Positions 19,048-27,727 of a DNA stretch of 64,000 nucleotides are shown piece after piece; the first letter of the stretch is position 1; each line of letters starts with the position of its first letter. A model generated the notes under the pieces. That model did not search any database, was not told where the DNA came from, and saw only the letters and a program-made list of their open reading frames with translations. Source of the DNA: an uncultured Psychroflexus sp. (lineage in GTDB: Bacteria; Bacteroidota; Bacteroidia; Flavobacteriales; Flavobacteriaceae); the NCBI GenBank assembly GCA_913062845.1, contig CAJXVZ010000007.1:4209-68208 (forward strand), in the 5' to 3' direction. The position numbers and the translations under genes are program-made.

Positions 19048-19962
19048 ATGGCAGGATCAAAGATTTCGGCATGGATATACGCTGCCAGACTGAGGACTTT
19101 GCCTTTGTCAGTTTCCGGAATTTTGGTTGGTAGCGGTTATGCGGTTTACCACGAACAATTCGATGTGATTATTTTTACATTAGCAATTATCACGACACTT
19201 CTTCTACAGATTCTATCCAATTTTGCTAATGATTACGGCGATGGCGTGAAAGGAACGGACAATCATGAGCGCATTGGCCCTGAGCGTGCTTTCCAAAGTG
19301 GAAAAATTACCCGACGGAGTTTTAAAAATGGACTTATTCTGACTTCTGTTCTCAGTTTTCTTTCAGCAACGACATTGATATTACTGGCATTTGGTATCGA
19401 AAATGCTTTTCTGACTTTGGGATTTTTCCTGTTAGGCTTATTGGCTATTTGGGCTGCAATTAAATATACCGTAGGAAAATCTGCATACGGCTACAGAGGT
19501 ATGGGTGATTTTTTTGTGTTTTTATTTTTTGGTTTGGTCAGTGTTTGTGGATCTTATGTCCTATATTCAAAAGGTATTGATAACCACATTATTATAGCAG
19601 GAATTGGAATTGGGCTGCTTTCTACGGCAGTTCTCAATCTCAACAATATGCGCGATTACTTTTCTGATAAAAATGCCAGGAAAAATACACTTGTCGTTTT
19701 GATGGGCCAATTGAGATCAAAATATTACCATTCGTTTTTGATATTGGCGGGCATTATTTTTATGACCGTTTTCTACATTTCGGTTGGATTTTCAGAATGG
19801 GTTTATCTTAGTTTAATTACTGTATTGCTACTTTTCAAGCATCTTTCTTTTGTAATAAAAAATGAAGATCCAAAAGACTTAGATCAGGAATTAAAAAAAG
19901 TAGCCCTGAGTACTTTTGGAATAGCATTGATCTTTTTTGTTGTGCAATTTATACTGAGATAG
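19048..19962 (+). CDS. menA: 1,4-dihydroxy-2-naphthoate polyprenyltransferase (UbiA family)
   Basis: 304-aa polytopic membrane ORF with the NFANDYGDGVKG Asp-rich motif. Starts immediately after the purB stop. Confidence 0.85.
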   Translation: MAGSKISAWIYAARLRTLPLSVSGILVGSGYAVYHEQFDVIIFTLAIITTLLLQILSNFANDYGDGVKGTDNHERIGPERAFQSGKITRRSFKNGLILTSVLSFLSATTLILLAFGIENAFLTLGFFLLGLLAIWAAIKYTVGKSAYGYRGMGDFFVFLFFGLVSVCGSYVLYSKGIDNHIIIAGIGIGLLSTAVLNLNNMRDYFSDKNARKNTLVVLMGQLRSKYYHSFLILAGIIFMTVFYISVGFSEWVYLSLITVLLLFKHLSFVIKNEDPKDLDQELKKVALSTFGIALIFFVVQFILR

Positions 19963-20130
19963 ATTTCAGGGTTACCTTGATAGATGACTTTTAAGAAAAA
20001 TTATTCTGTTATTAAAAATGATTCAAAAAAAGATATTTGAAAGTTGAAATTCAAAAATTTATGGATCTTCAATAATTAGAGGTAAGCATGCAATTAATTA
20101 AATTGATTTTGAGTTAGTTTATAGAAATTA

Positions 20131-20625
20131 TTATTTGAAATTATGGACATTTCTATATGTTTCTACTACTTTTTCTAGTTTTTCGGGACGCTTTGTAGCT
20201 ATAAGATATTCTTTATTATTTTTTAATTTCAAATATAGGCCTGTATCTCCTTTTATTTTAAACGCCGTTCCAAATTTTGTATTCAAGCTCATTCCAATGC
20301 CTTTAATATTCCCGCAATCTACAAATCTTGCTTCTTTAACGCTAAACCATACGATATGCTTTTTTACAAAAGGGAAAAAGTTGATAAATATGCCGTATTG
20401 ATTAATAAAAATTGTCAATTTAGATAAAGCAAAGGCGATCATGATTGCGAAGATCAATATTGAGAGCAAAATAAATCCAATACCTCCCAAAATATAGTCG
20501 TCTATTGAAGTTCTGGACTCATAACCAGCTATAAGATAGATGATTGGCAGAATGCAAAGTGCAAAAAGTAAAACTGTCAAAAATAACTTTTTAAACTTTT
20601 GTTTTTCTTTGAATAGTGCTTTCAT
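20131..20625 (-). CDS. Hypothetical membrane protein (two TM helices plus small soluble domain)
   Basis: 164-aa ORF, AT-rich, with no recognisable motif. Confidence 0.45.
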   Translation of the reverse strand: MKALFKEKQKFKKLFLTVLLFALCILPIIYLIAGYESRTSIDDYILGGIGFILLSILIFAIMIAFALSKLTIFINQYGIFINFFPFVKKHIVWFSVKEARFVDCGNIKGIGMSLNTKFGTAFKIKGDTGLYLKLKNNKEYLIATKRPEKLEKVVETYRNVHNFK

Positions 20626-20750
20626 TAATAATCTTTGGTTGTAAAAGTAATAAAGTGAATTAAATATTTCAGCATTCTCTGTTAATAATGATCTACATTT
20701 CTTAAGCCATTATTCGTATGTCAGATTTTTTTAGTGCTATAAATTTAGTT

Positions 20751-20758
20751 TACTTTTG
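20751..20758 (+). promoter_or_regulatory. Candidate -7 box (TACTTTTG) for kdsA
   Basis: TAnnTTTG about 25 nt upstream of the ATG at 20783. It overlaps the TTG used as the ORF-track start, which argues for the later ATG. Confidence 0.35.
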
Positions 20759-20782
20759 AATAAATTTCAGAAAATATCTATA

Positions 20783-21586
20783 ATGAAGAATTTAAAGTAT
20801 ACTGATTCAAATAATTTCTTTTTACTATCCGGACCTTGTGCCATTGAAGGAGAAGATATGGCTCTTAGGATTGCTGAAAAGATCGTTAGCATTACCGATA
20901 AACTCAAAATTCCCTATGTTTTTAAGGGTAGTTTTAAAAAAGCAAATCGCAGCAGAATAGATAGCTTTACAGGCATAGGAGATGAAAAGGCTTTACAAAT
21001 TTTGAGAAAAGTAGGCCAAACATTTAATGTACCTACTATAACAGATATCCATACAGAAGCCGATGCCGCTATGGCAGCAGAATACGTTGATGTTTTGCAG
21101 ATTCCCGCGTTTTTAGTACGCCAAACGGATTTAGTGGTTGCAGCAGCAGAAACCGGTAAATATGTCAACCTTAAGAAAGGACAGTTTATGAGTCCTGAAA
21201 GTATGAAACACGCCGTTCAAAAGGTATATGATTCAGGCAATAAAAAGGCCTGGATAACAGACAGAGGGACAATGTTTGGTTATCAGGATTTGGTCGTAGA
21301 TATGCGAGGTATTGCAACCATGAAGCAATACGCACCAACAGTTTTAGATGTTACCCATTCTTTACAACAGCCTAATCAATCTTCAGGTGTTACCGGCGGA
21401 AGACCGGACATGATCGAAACCATAGCCAGGGCAGGTGTTGTGAACAAGGTAGATGGTTTGTTTATTGAGACCCACTTCAATCCGGCTGAAGCTAAAAGTG
21501 ATGGTGCAAATATGTTAGATTTGAGTTTATTAGAAGGTCTACTGACAAGATTGGTTGAGATCAGACAATGTGTGAACGGGTTATAA
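20783..21586 (+). CDS. kdsA: 3-deoxy-8-phosphooctulonate (KDO-8-P) synthase
   Basis: Strong family resemblance (LLSGPCAIE, KGSFKKANRS, LQIPAFLVRQTDL). Start moved to the internal ATG. Confidence 0.9.
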   Translation: MKNLKYTDSNNFFLLSGPCAIEGEDMALRIAEKIVSITDKLKIPYVFKGSFKKANRSRIDSFTGIGDEKALQILRKVGQTFNVPTITDIHTEADAAMAAEYVDVLQIPAFLVRQTDLVVAAAETGKYVNLKKGQFMSPESMKHAVQKVYDSGNKKAWITDRGTMFGYQDLVVDMRGIATMKQYAPTVLDVTHSLQQPNQSSGVTGGRPDMIETIARAGVVNKVDGLFIETHFNPAEAKSDGANMLDLSLLEGLLTRLVEIRQCVNGL

Positions 21587-21595
21587 GTATTGAGT

Positions 21596-21795
21596 GACAA
21601 GTAAGAAGTAAAAAGTAAAAAGTAAGCATTTCTATTAAGCTTAATGAACACAAAATCGAAAGGAACCAGAAACCAGCTGTCACCTTGAGTACTTCGTCTG
21701 GCTTAGTATAAACTAAAGTCGAAAGGAACCAGAAACCAGAAACCAGAAACCAGAAACAGGATGTCACCCTGAGCTAAACCGAAGGGAACCAAAAT
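21596..21795. repeat. Composite short tandem repeat region: (AGTAARA)n, then two TCGAAAGGAACC(AGAAACC)n...TGTCACCYTGAG units
   Basis: Read directly. There are heptamer AGAAACC runs of about 2 and about 4.5 copies, with unit starts near 21656 and 21719. The region ends with GGATGTCACCCTGAGCTAAACCGAAGGGAACC. Confidence 0.8.
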
Positions 21796-21797
21796 CT

Positions 21798-24182
21798 TTA
21801 GGCATCTATCTTTTTACCAATAAAATACGTCATTAGTGTTGTAAAGCCAACAATACTGATAGAGCTCAAAGGCATTAATATTGCAGCAATTACCGGCTCA
21901 AGTTGTCCGGTTATTGCAAAATAAAGACCAATAGCATTGTACAGAAAAGACAACAAAAAACTCATTTTTATGGTCTTAATGCCTTGATGTGCCGCACGAA
22001 TAAAATCAGGTAAAAGCGACAGCTTTTTAGCGTCCATAATAGCATCACAAGCTGGTGAAAAAACATTGATATTTTCAGAAAGTGCAATACCCAAATCACT
22101 TTGCTTTAGAGCTCCCGCGTCATTAAGTCCATCGCCTATCATAGCGACTTTTGTGCTACCATTTTGCTTGGATTTTATATAATTGAGTTTGTCTTCAGGC
22201 TTTTGATTAAAAAGCAAAGGTGTTTTTGAAGGTAAAAAGCACTCAAGGAATTCTTTTTCACCACTATTGTCACCAGAAAGTACGGCGACATTATAATCAT
22301 GCTTTAATTCGTGAAATAAACCCTGAACTCCTTCACGATAACTTGTTTTAAAAATAAATTTACCCTTATATTGTTCATTATTTCTGTAATGAACGGCTGT
22401 TTCAAAAGTGCTTTGTTGACCAGGCGCTTCGACAAACGAAGAGGAACCTAATTTGATTTTCTGATTATTCACCTTGGCTTGAATGCCTTTACCAACGTGT
22501 TCTTCATAGTCATCAATGGTCATGATATCCTGACTTTGCAAGTAATCATATAACTGTCGACTAAGCGGATGATTAGAGTTTTTTAAAGTAGTTTTCAACA
22601 GACCTAAATCCTCATCGGTAATAGTTTCGCCTTCAAAGGCTATTTCAGATTTGTCATTTTTGGTCAATGTTCCGGTCTTGTCAAAGATGATGTGTTGAAT
22701 ATCTGTTAGATGTTCAAGGCTTTTGATATCTTTCAGATAAAATCCTTTTTGCCCAAAAATGCGTAATAAATTCCCCATGGTAAAAGGCGTGGCTAAAGCA
22801 ATGGCACAAGGGCAGGCAATAATAAGGATTGCGGTAAAGACATTTAGCGCCATGCCAGCATCTATAAAAAGCCATACACCGGTTGAAATTGCAGCAATAC
22901 TCAAAACAGCCAGTGTAAAATGTTTACTGATCTTGTCGAGAAGTGTTTTGTAAGTTTCCGGCTTTTGTTGGGTAAATGCTTCGTTAGACCAAAGCTGGGT
23001 AAGGTAACTTTGTTCAACCGACTTATCCGCTGTCATTTCAATAGAACTGCCGACTTGTTTTCCGCCGGCATATATTTTATCGCCAGATATTTTAGAAACA
23101 GGTTTTTCCTCACCGGTGACAAAGCTGTAGTCAATATTGGCACTACCTTTCATCAATATACCGTCAACCGGAATGAGTTCGGCGTTTCTAATCAGTAGTT
23201 TATCGCCTGCTTTTATTTCACTTACTTTAATATCGGTTTCTATTTCGCCCTCAATTTTGGTTACGGCTATAGGAAAATAAGATTTGTAATCCCTTTCAAA
23301 AGAAAGATAATTATAGGTTTTTTGTTGTACGAATTTTCCTAAGAGCAAAAAGAAAACCAATCCCGTAAGGCTGTCAAAAAATCCTGTACCAAGATCAAAA
23401 ACAATTTCAACTGTACTTCTTATAAAAAGGGTAGCAATACCAAGCGCAATAGGAATATCAATATTGAGGCTTTTGGTTTTTAAAATCTTAAAAGCCGATT
23501 TGAAATAATCCTGCCCGGAATAAAACACCACGGGTAGTGAAAAAGCAAACATCAACCAGCGAAAAACCGGTTTAAACTCGTCCAGCCAGTATTCATTTAC
23601 CTCAAAGTATTCCGGAAATGAGAGAAACATCACATTTCCAAAGGCAAATCCGGCAATACCAATCTTGTAAATTAAGGAGCGATCTATGTCTTTTTCAGGT
23701 TTATCCAGATCGTCCAGGCTAATGTATGGTTCATAGCCAATTGAAGTCAATAATTCTACAATAGCCTTAAGCGATGTTTTTTTTGAGTTGTATTGAATTT
23801 GAACCGTTTTCTTAGGGAAATTCACCTGAGAATTACTAACGTTTTTGTTGAGTTTATTCAGGTTTTCTAATATCCAGATACAGGAACTGCAATGGATATG
23901 AGGAATATAAAGATTTACAATTTGTGTATCACCATCATTGAAATCTACCAGCTTTTCTATAATATCCTCTTTTTCCAAAAAGTTATATTTCCCTTGAAGT
24001 TCCGGTGGTGTTTTGCCCGGAGCATTTTCAAGGTCATAATAACAGCCCAGATTGTTTTCTGAAAATATTTCGTAAACGGTTTTGCAGCCATTGCAACAAA
24101 AATGCTTGTCGTGGGCTTCAATATCAGTAGGCTTGCAATCATCGCCACAATGGTAACAGGTATGTATCTCTTTCGTCTTCAC
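21798..24182 (-). CDS. Heavy-metal (copper-type) translocating P1B-type ATPase, FixI/CcoI-like
   Basis: 794-aa ORF with a Cys-rich N-terminal domain (CYHCGDDC...CCNGC), CPC motif (CPCAIALATP), DKTGTLT and GDGLNDAGAL. GTG start. Confidence 0.88.
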   Translation of the reverse strand: MKTKEIHTCYHCGDDCKPTDIEAHDKHFCCNGCKTVYEIFSENNLGCYYDLENAPGKTPPELQGKYNFLEKEDIIEKLVDFNDGDTQIVNLYIPHIHCSSCIWILENLNKLNKNVSNSQVNFPKKTVQIQYNSKKTSLKAIVELLTSIGYEPYISLDDLDKPEKDIDRSLIYKIGIAGFAFGNVMFLSFPEYFEVNEYWLDEFKPVFRWLMFAFSLPVVFYSGQDYFKSAFKILKTKSLNIDIPIALGIATLFIRSTVEIVFDLGTGFFDSLTGLVFFLLLGKFVQQKTYNYLSFERDYKSYFPIAVTKIEGEIETDIKVSEIKAGDKLLIRNAELIPVDGILMKGSANIDYSFVTGEEKPVSKISGDKIYAGGKQVGSSIEMTADKSVEQSYLTQLWSNEAFTQQKPETYKTLLDKISKHFTLAVLSIAAISTGVWLFIDAGMALNVFTAILIIACPCAIALATPFTMGNLLRIFGQKGFYLKDIKSLEHLTDIQHIIFDKTGTLTKNDKSEIAFEGETITDEDLGLLKTTLKNSNHPLSRQLYDYLQSQDIMTIDDYEEHVGKGIQAKVNNQKIKLGSSSFVEAPGQQSTFETAVHYRNNEQYKGKFIFKTSYREGVQGLFHELKHDYNVAVLSGDNSGEKEFLECFLPSKTPLLFNQKPEDKLNYIKSKQNGSTKVAMIGDGLNDAGALKQSDLGIALSENINVFSPACDAIMDAKKLSLLPDFIRAAHQGIKTIKMSFLLSFLYNAIGLYFAITGQLEPVIAAILMPLSSISIVGFTTLMTYFIGKKIDA

Positions 24183-24245
24183 CTTGCAAACATAAAGTTA
24201 GTATGATTTCTGACTTATGATGAAGGTCAGTTTTTTGTTTTTTAA

Positions 24246-24336
24246 GTTTATGGGGTTAAAGTTTATGGGTTTATGGGTTTATGAGTTTATAAGTTTATGA
24301 GTTGAAAGTTTATCAGTTTAAAGTTTATGAGTTAAG
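24246..24336. repeat. Tandem array of about 8 copies of GTTTATGR(G), partly spaced by GTTNAAA
   Basis: Read directly: gtttatggggttaaagtttatgggtttatgggtttatgagtttataagtttatgagttgaaagtttatcagtttaaagtttatgag. Confidence 0.8.
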
Positions 24337-24607
24337 GGATGTTTTTAAAGATTTGAGGAATGCGAGATTATAAGATTTATTAAATTGAAAAACTGTTATT
24401 CAAAAAATATCGAAAAAGCATCACACAAATTAGAAACAGATGAAAGTTAAAATCAGAGCTACATCAATTAAAAATTCTCTATCATAAGATAAAATAAATT
24501 TCCTCTAGAGGTTAAAAATGTATTTTATTAATACATTTACAAAATTTTTATACAACAGGTTGGGTAAGCCTTTTCGTCATTTTGCTTAACATAAAATTTT
24601 ATCATTC

Positions 24608-25174
24608 ATGATTTATAAAATGCTTTTATTCGTAATCATAGGATTGACCTCTACTTTGGCAGAAGCACAATTCATAAAGCAGAAATCTGTAAATGCTCAA
24701 ATTGGATTTGGCTTAAGTTCACCTTATAATAGTAATGACGATGTTGTAGACGATGGTTTTTTTGCTCAAGGTGAATTTATTCTTAAGGTAAAATCCTGGT
24801 TTGAGTTACGACCTTATGCCGCTGTGATTTTAACAAGTACAGGTGGAGAAGACCTCAATGGTAATCCAACTGATGAAACAGCAACATCACGAGCTTTCCT
24901 CTTGGGAGGAAAAGTAAGACTGAAAGCCCCAATTCCATTTGTGGCACCTTATATTGAAAGCGGCATAGGCACATCTATCGGAAAATTTGAAACCTTTACA
25001 GCATTTGACAATATAGACAAAAGCGGCATCATTTACCATATTCCTGTTTCTATAGGTTTTGAATTTGGAAAAAATAACGATGTTGATTTAGGTTTATCTT
25101 ACTTCTTCCAACCAACAGTAAAACAATACGCCGGAGCCTTTGCCATCGGTATTTCATTTCCACTGAATGATTGA
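24608..25174 (+). CDS. Small outer-membrane beta-barrel-like protein
   Basis: 188-aa ORF with a signal peptide ending AEAQ and alternating amphipathic strands rich in G/F/Y. Confidence 0.5.
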   Translation: MIYKMLLFVIIGLTSTLAEAQFIKQKSVNAQIGFGLSSPYNSNDDVVDDGFFAQGEFILKVKSWFELRPYAAVILTSTGGEDLNGNPTDETATSRAFLLGGKVRLKAPIPFVAPYIESGIGTSIGKFETFTAFDNIDKSGIIYHIPVSIGFEFGKNNDVDLGLSYFFQPTVKQYAGAFAIGISFPLND

Positions 25175-25451
25175 TAAGGCTTTACACCATAAAATTAAAC
25201 ATTATACTTGCTGCTCTTAATTTCAAATCAAAGACGTTAGATAAATTTAAGATCAAAGATAAGATAGTCCAATTGCCAGATAAAATTGAAAGAAAAAACT
25301 AATGCCAAGAAAAAAATCTGCATGTTGTGATTTCCAGCAAAAACCAAACATCAATGGAATTTTACTACATTCGGGTTTATCAGAATTAGCAAAGACTTAT
25401 TGGCCAAAATACTCATGGTTTACAATACCTTAAGTCGTCAAAACAAAAATT

Positions 25452-26159
25452 ATGAAAATAAAACTTTTGAGTTTACTAATCTTAATGTCATTTCTATCTT
25501 TTAGCCAGAATAGTAATTATGAAAGATGGAATGCTATGGCATCCAGAGATATTAGTTTACAACCGGAATATGGGAACAAAGAAAAAACAGATGCTCAAAT
25601 AGGATATGACGAGAAGTTCAAAAAGGATATTCTGGAACAGTACAACGGAGATAAAAGAGCCGCAAGCAAAAAAATGATTGACTTAGGCTTTGATTATTTA
25701 TACAAAAAAGGTGATTTAGTAACAGCAATGCGTCGATTTAATCAGGCATACCTGCTAGACCCTGGAAATGCAGATTCTTATTATGGGTTTGGTACTATCT
25801 ATTTCAACTTGGGTGCTATGGCAAAAGCTCGTATACAGTACGATAAAGGATTGAAAATTGATCCTGAACATTCTAAAATATTAACTGACTACGGAACAAC
25901 CTACCTTGGAGACTTTTATGAGAGCCTGGAAAATGGACAGGAAAATGCTACTGAATTTCTTGAAAAAGCTAACGAATTTTTAGGAAAATCCATGAAAATC
26001 AATAAAAAGGACTCTAATACAATTTACAAACTTTCGATTGTAAAAATGTATATGGGTGATTGTAAGGAAGCCAGGGAGCTGCTTGAAAAAGCAAAAAAAA
26101 TGAACAACCCAAATGTGACCGAATCTTACGAGAAAGAACTGAATGATAAATGTAAATAA
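25452..26159 (+). CDS. Secreted TPR-repeat protein
   Basis: 235-aa ORF with a signal peptide and TPR-like repeats (AMRRFNQAYLLDPGNADSYYGFGTIYFNLG, AKARIQYDKGLKIDPEH). Confidence 0.65.
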   Translation: MKIKLLSLLILMSFLSFSQNSNYERWNAMASRDISLQPEYGNKEKTDAQIGYDEKFKKDILEQYNGDKRAASKKMIDLGFDYLYKKGDLVTAMRRFNQAYLLDPGNADSYYGFGTIYFNLGAMAKARIQYDKGLKIDPEHSKILTDYGTTYLGDFYESLENGQENATEFLEKANEFLGKSMKINKKDSNTIYKLSIVKMYMGDCKEARELLEKAKKMNNPNVTESYEKELNDKCK

Positions 26160-26261
26160 AGCGTCACACATCAAAAGGCTTTAAATTGTGCTGTATCTGC
26201 AACAAATTAAAAAGCACTTTTGCTCGTGTTCATAGCTTTGCCAATACATAAATACTATTTT

Positions 26262-26846
26262 ATGAAAAGAATAACCGGGCTAATTTTATTACTATTTACA
26301 ACAGCACAAGTATTTGGACAGAGTCTTCCTGATGGACAGATAAGATGGAGTTCAAACCAGAAATTGAAGATAACTGATTTTATAATCAAAATTGGTGACG
26401 AGAATAGTGATGCTATCTATAGTCAATTCATGATTTCTCATTCAATCGGTGGATTTGATTTTATGAAACGAAATTTAAATCAAAAAATCGAAAATATTTT
26501 TCTTGGAAATGCATCCTGGATAGACACTACAAAAGTAACTGAAATCCAAAAACAAATTAACTTTCAGCAAATGCAGTTTGACCTTGCTGAAGTTTACGCA
26601 AGAAAATTCAGAAAACGAATTCTTAAAGATAAGAAGAAAATAGCAAAAGGTTTTGATATCGTAAACCAAATCCATAACCAAATTATGTCAGAATTTTCAG
26701 AAAGGCGATTAGCCTTGATAAAGGAAACTCATGGTGGACAAAATGAAGATAAAATTGCGGAATGGAAAAATAAAATTGCAATTGAACTTAAAAGATTACA
26801 AGAGTTTAGTTATGAAAATAAAGGTAAAATTAAGCTGAATAGATAA
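26262..26846 (+). CDS. Hypothetical secreted protein
   Basis: Start moved to an internal ATG, giving signal peptide MKRITGLILLLFTTAQVFG. No recognisable domain. Confidence 0.5.
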   Translation: MKRITGLILLLFTTAQVFGQSLPDGQIRWSSNQKLKITDFIIKIGDENSDAIYSQFMISHSIGGFDFMKRNLNQKIENIFLGNASWIDTTKVTEIQKQINFQQMQFDLAEVYARKFRKRILKDKKKIAKGFDIVNQIHNQIMSEFSERRLALIKETHGGQNEDKIAEWKNKIAIELKRLQEFSYENKGKIKLNR

Positions 26847-26969
26847 AACTTAATCAAGATTAGCCATTTAAATTTCAATTAATTTTGGATGTCTTGATAT
26901 TCTATACTAATTAAATATTTACTTTTACACCAATAGTTTGAAAAGAAAACTAAAAATTTTGGGACAGTT

Positions 26970-27725
26970 CTATGCATCCAGCCAATTTTTAAAATCCTTA
27001 ACCCTTTCCCGGCTAACAATCAATGGTTCATCCATATCGTGTTTTAGCACGATGCGAAGTCTACTATTTGAATAAGAAATAATGTCTTTAATGGCATTGA
27101 TGTGCACAATAAAGCTCCGGTTAATTCTAAAAAACTGTTTTGGCGATAGTAAAGCATCAATTTCCTCAAGACTTTTTTCTAAAGGATATTGCCGGCCTTG
27201 ATTAGTAAGCAGGTAAGAGGTTTTATGCTGACTCAAAAAGCCATCTATTTCATTAACTTCAAAAACCCTAAGGTGTTCACCAACTTTGATGGTAAACCTT
27301 TCTTTGTAGGCTTTATCCTCAAGTTTCTCCTCAAACAATGCTCTGATGTCCTGAAAGTTAAATTGCTGCTTATCATGTTGTTTCTCATACTTTTCAATAG
27401 CTGATTTTAGTTCTTTTTTATCAATGGGTTTTAAAAGGTAATCGATGCTGTTGACCTTAAAGGCTTTTAGCGCATATTCATCATAAGCGGTTGTAAAGAT
27501 AATAGCGGCATCTATTTTTCTGTCTTTAAATAATTCAAAAGACAGGCCATCACTTAATTGGATATCCAAAAAGATAAGATCCGGATGCGTGTTTTGATCC
27601 AGCCAGCTTTTAGCTTCTGACAAACTGTGTAATGTGCCTTTCAACTCAATGTCAAAGTTTGAAAGTAATTTCAGAAGACGACGTGCTGCCGGTTTTTCAT
27701 CTTCAATGATTAGTGCTGTTATCAT
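26970..27725 (-). CDS. LytTR-family two-component response regulator
   Basis: 251-aa ORF with a receiver domain (DLIFLDIQLSDG) and a C-terminal LytTR DNA-binding domain (FFRINRSFIVHINAI). Confidence 0.88.
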   Translation of the reverse strand: MITALIIEDEKPAARRLLKLLSNFDIELKGTLHSLSEAKSWLDQNTHPDLIFLDIQLSDGLSFELFKDRKIDAAIIFTTAYDEYALKAFKVNSIDYLLKPIDKKELKSAIEKYEKQHDKQQFNFQDIRALFEEKLEDKAYKERFTIKVGEHLRVFEVNEIDGFLSQHKTSYLLTNQGRQYPLEKSLEEIDALLSPKQFFRINRSFIVHINAIKDIISYSNSRLRIVLKHDMDEPLIVSRERVKDFKNWLDA

Positions 27726-27727
27726 AA

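Noticed and set aside
21561-21767. 68-aa ORF (MTSCFWFLVSGFWFLS...) downstream of the ATPase, which I considered as a possible ccoS.
   Set aside because: Its sequence is simply the translation of the AGAAACC/GGTTTCT tandem repeat. It has no resemblance to CcoS.
24246-24336. The tandem GTTTATGRG array considered as a CRISPR-like array.
   Set aside because: Units are 8-9 bp with no unique spacers of 25-40 bp and no cas genes. It is a micro/minisatellite, not a CRISPR.
25302-25433. 43-codon ORF (MPRKKSACCDFQQKPNINGILLHSGLSELAKTYWPKYSWFTIP) in the 277-bp spacer before the TPR gene.
   Set aside because: There is no promoter box or coupling, no hydrophobic or structured feature, and it could be a gene remnant. 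Evidence is insufficient to call it.
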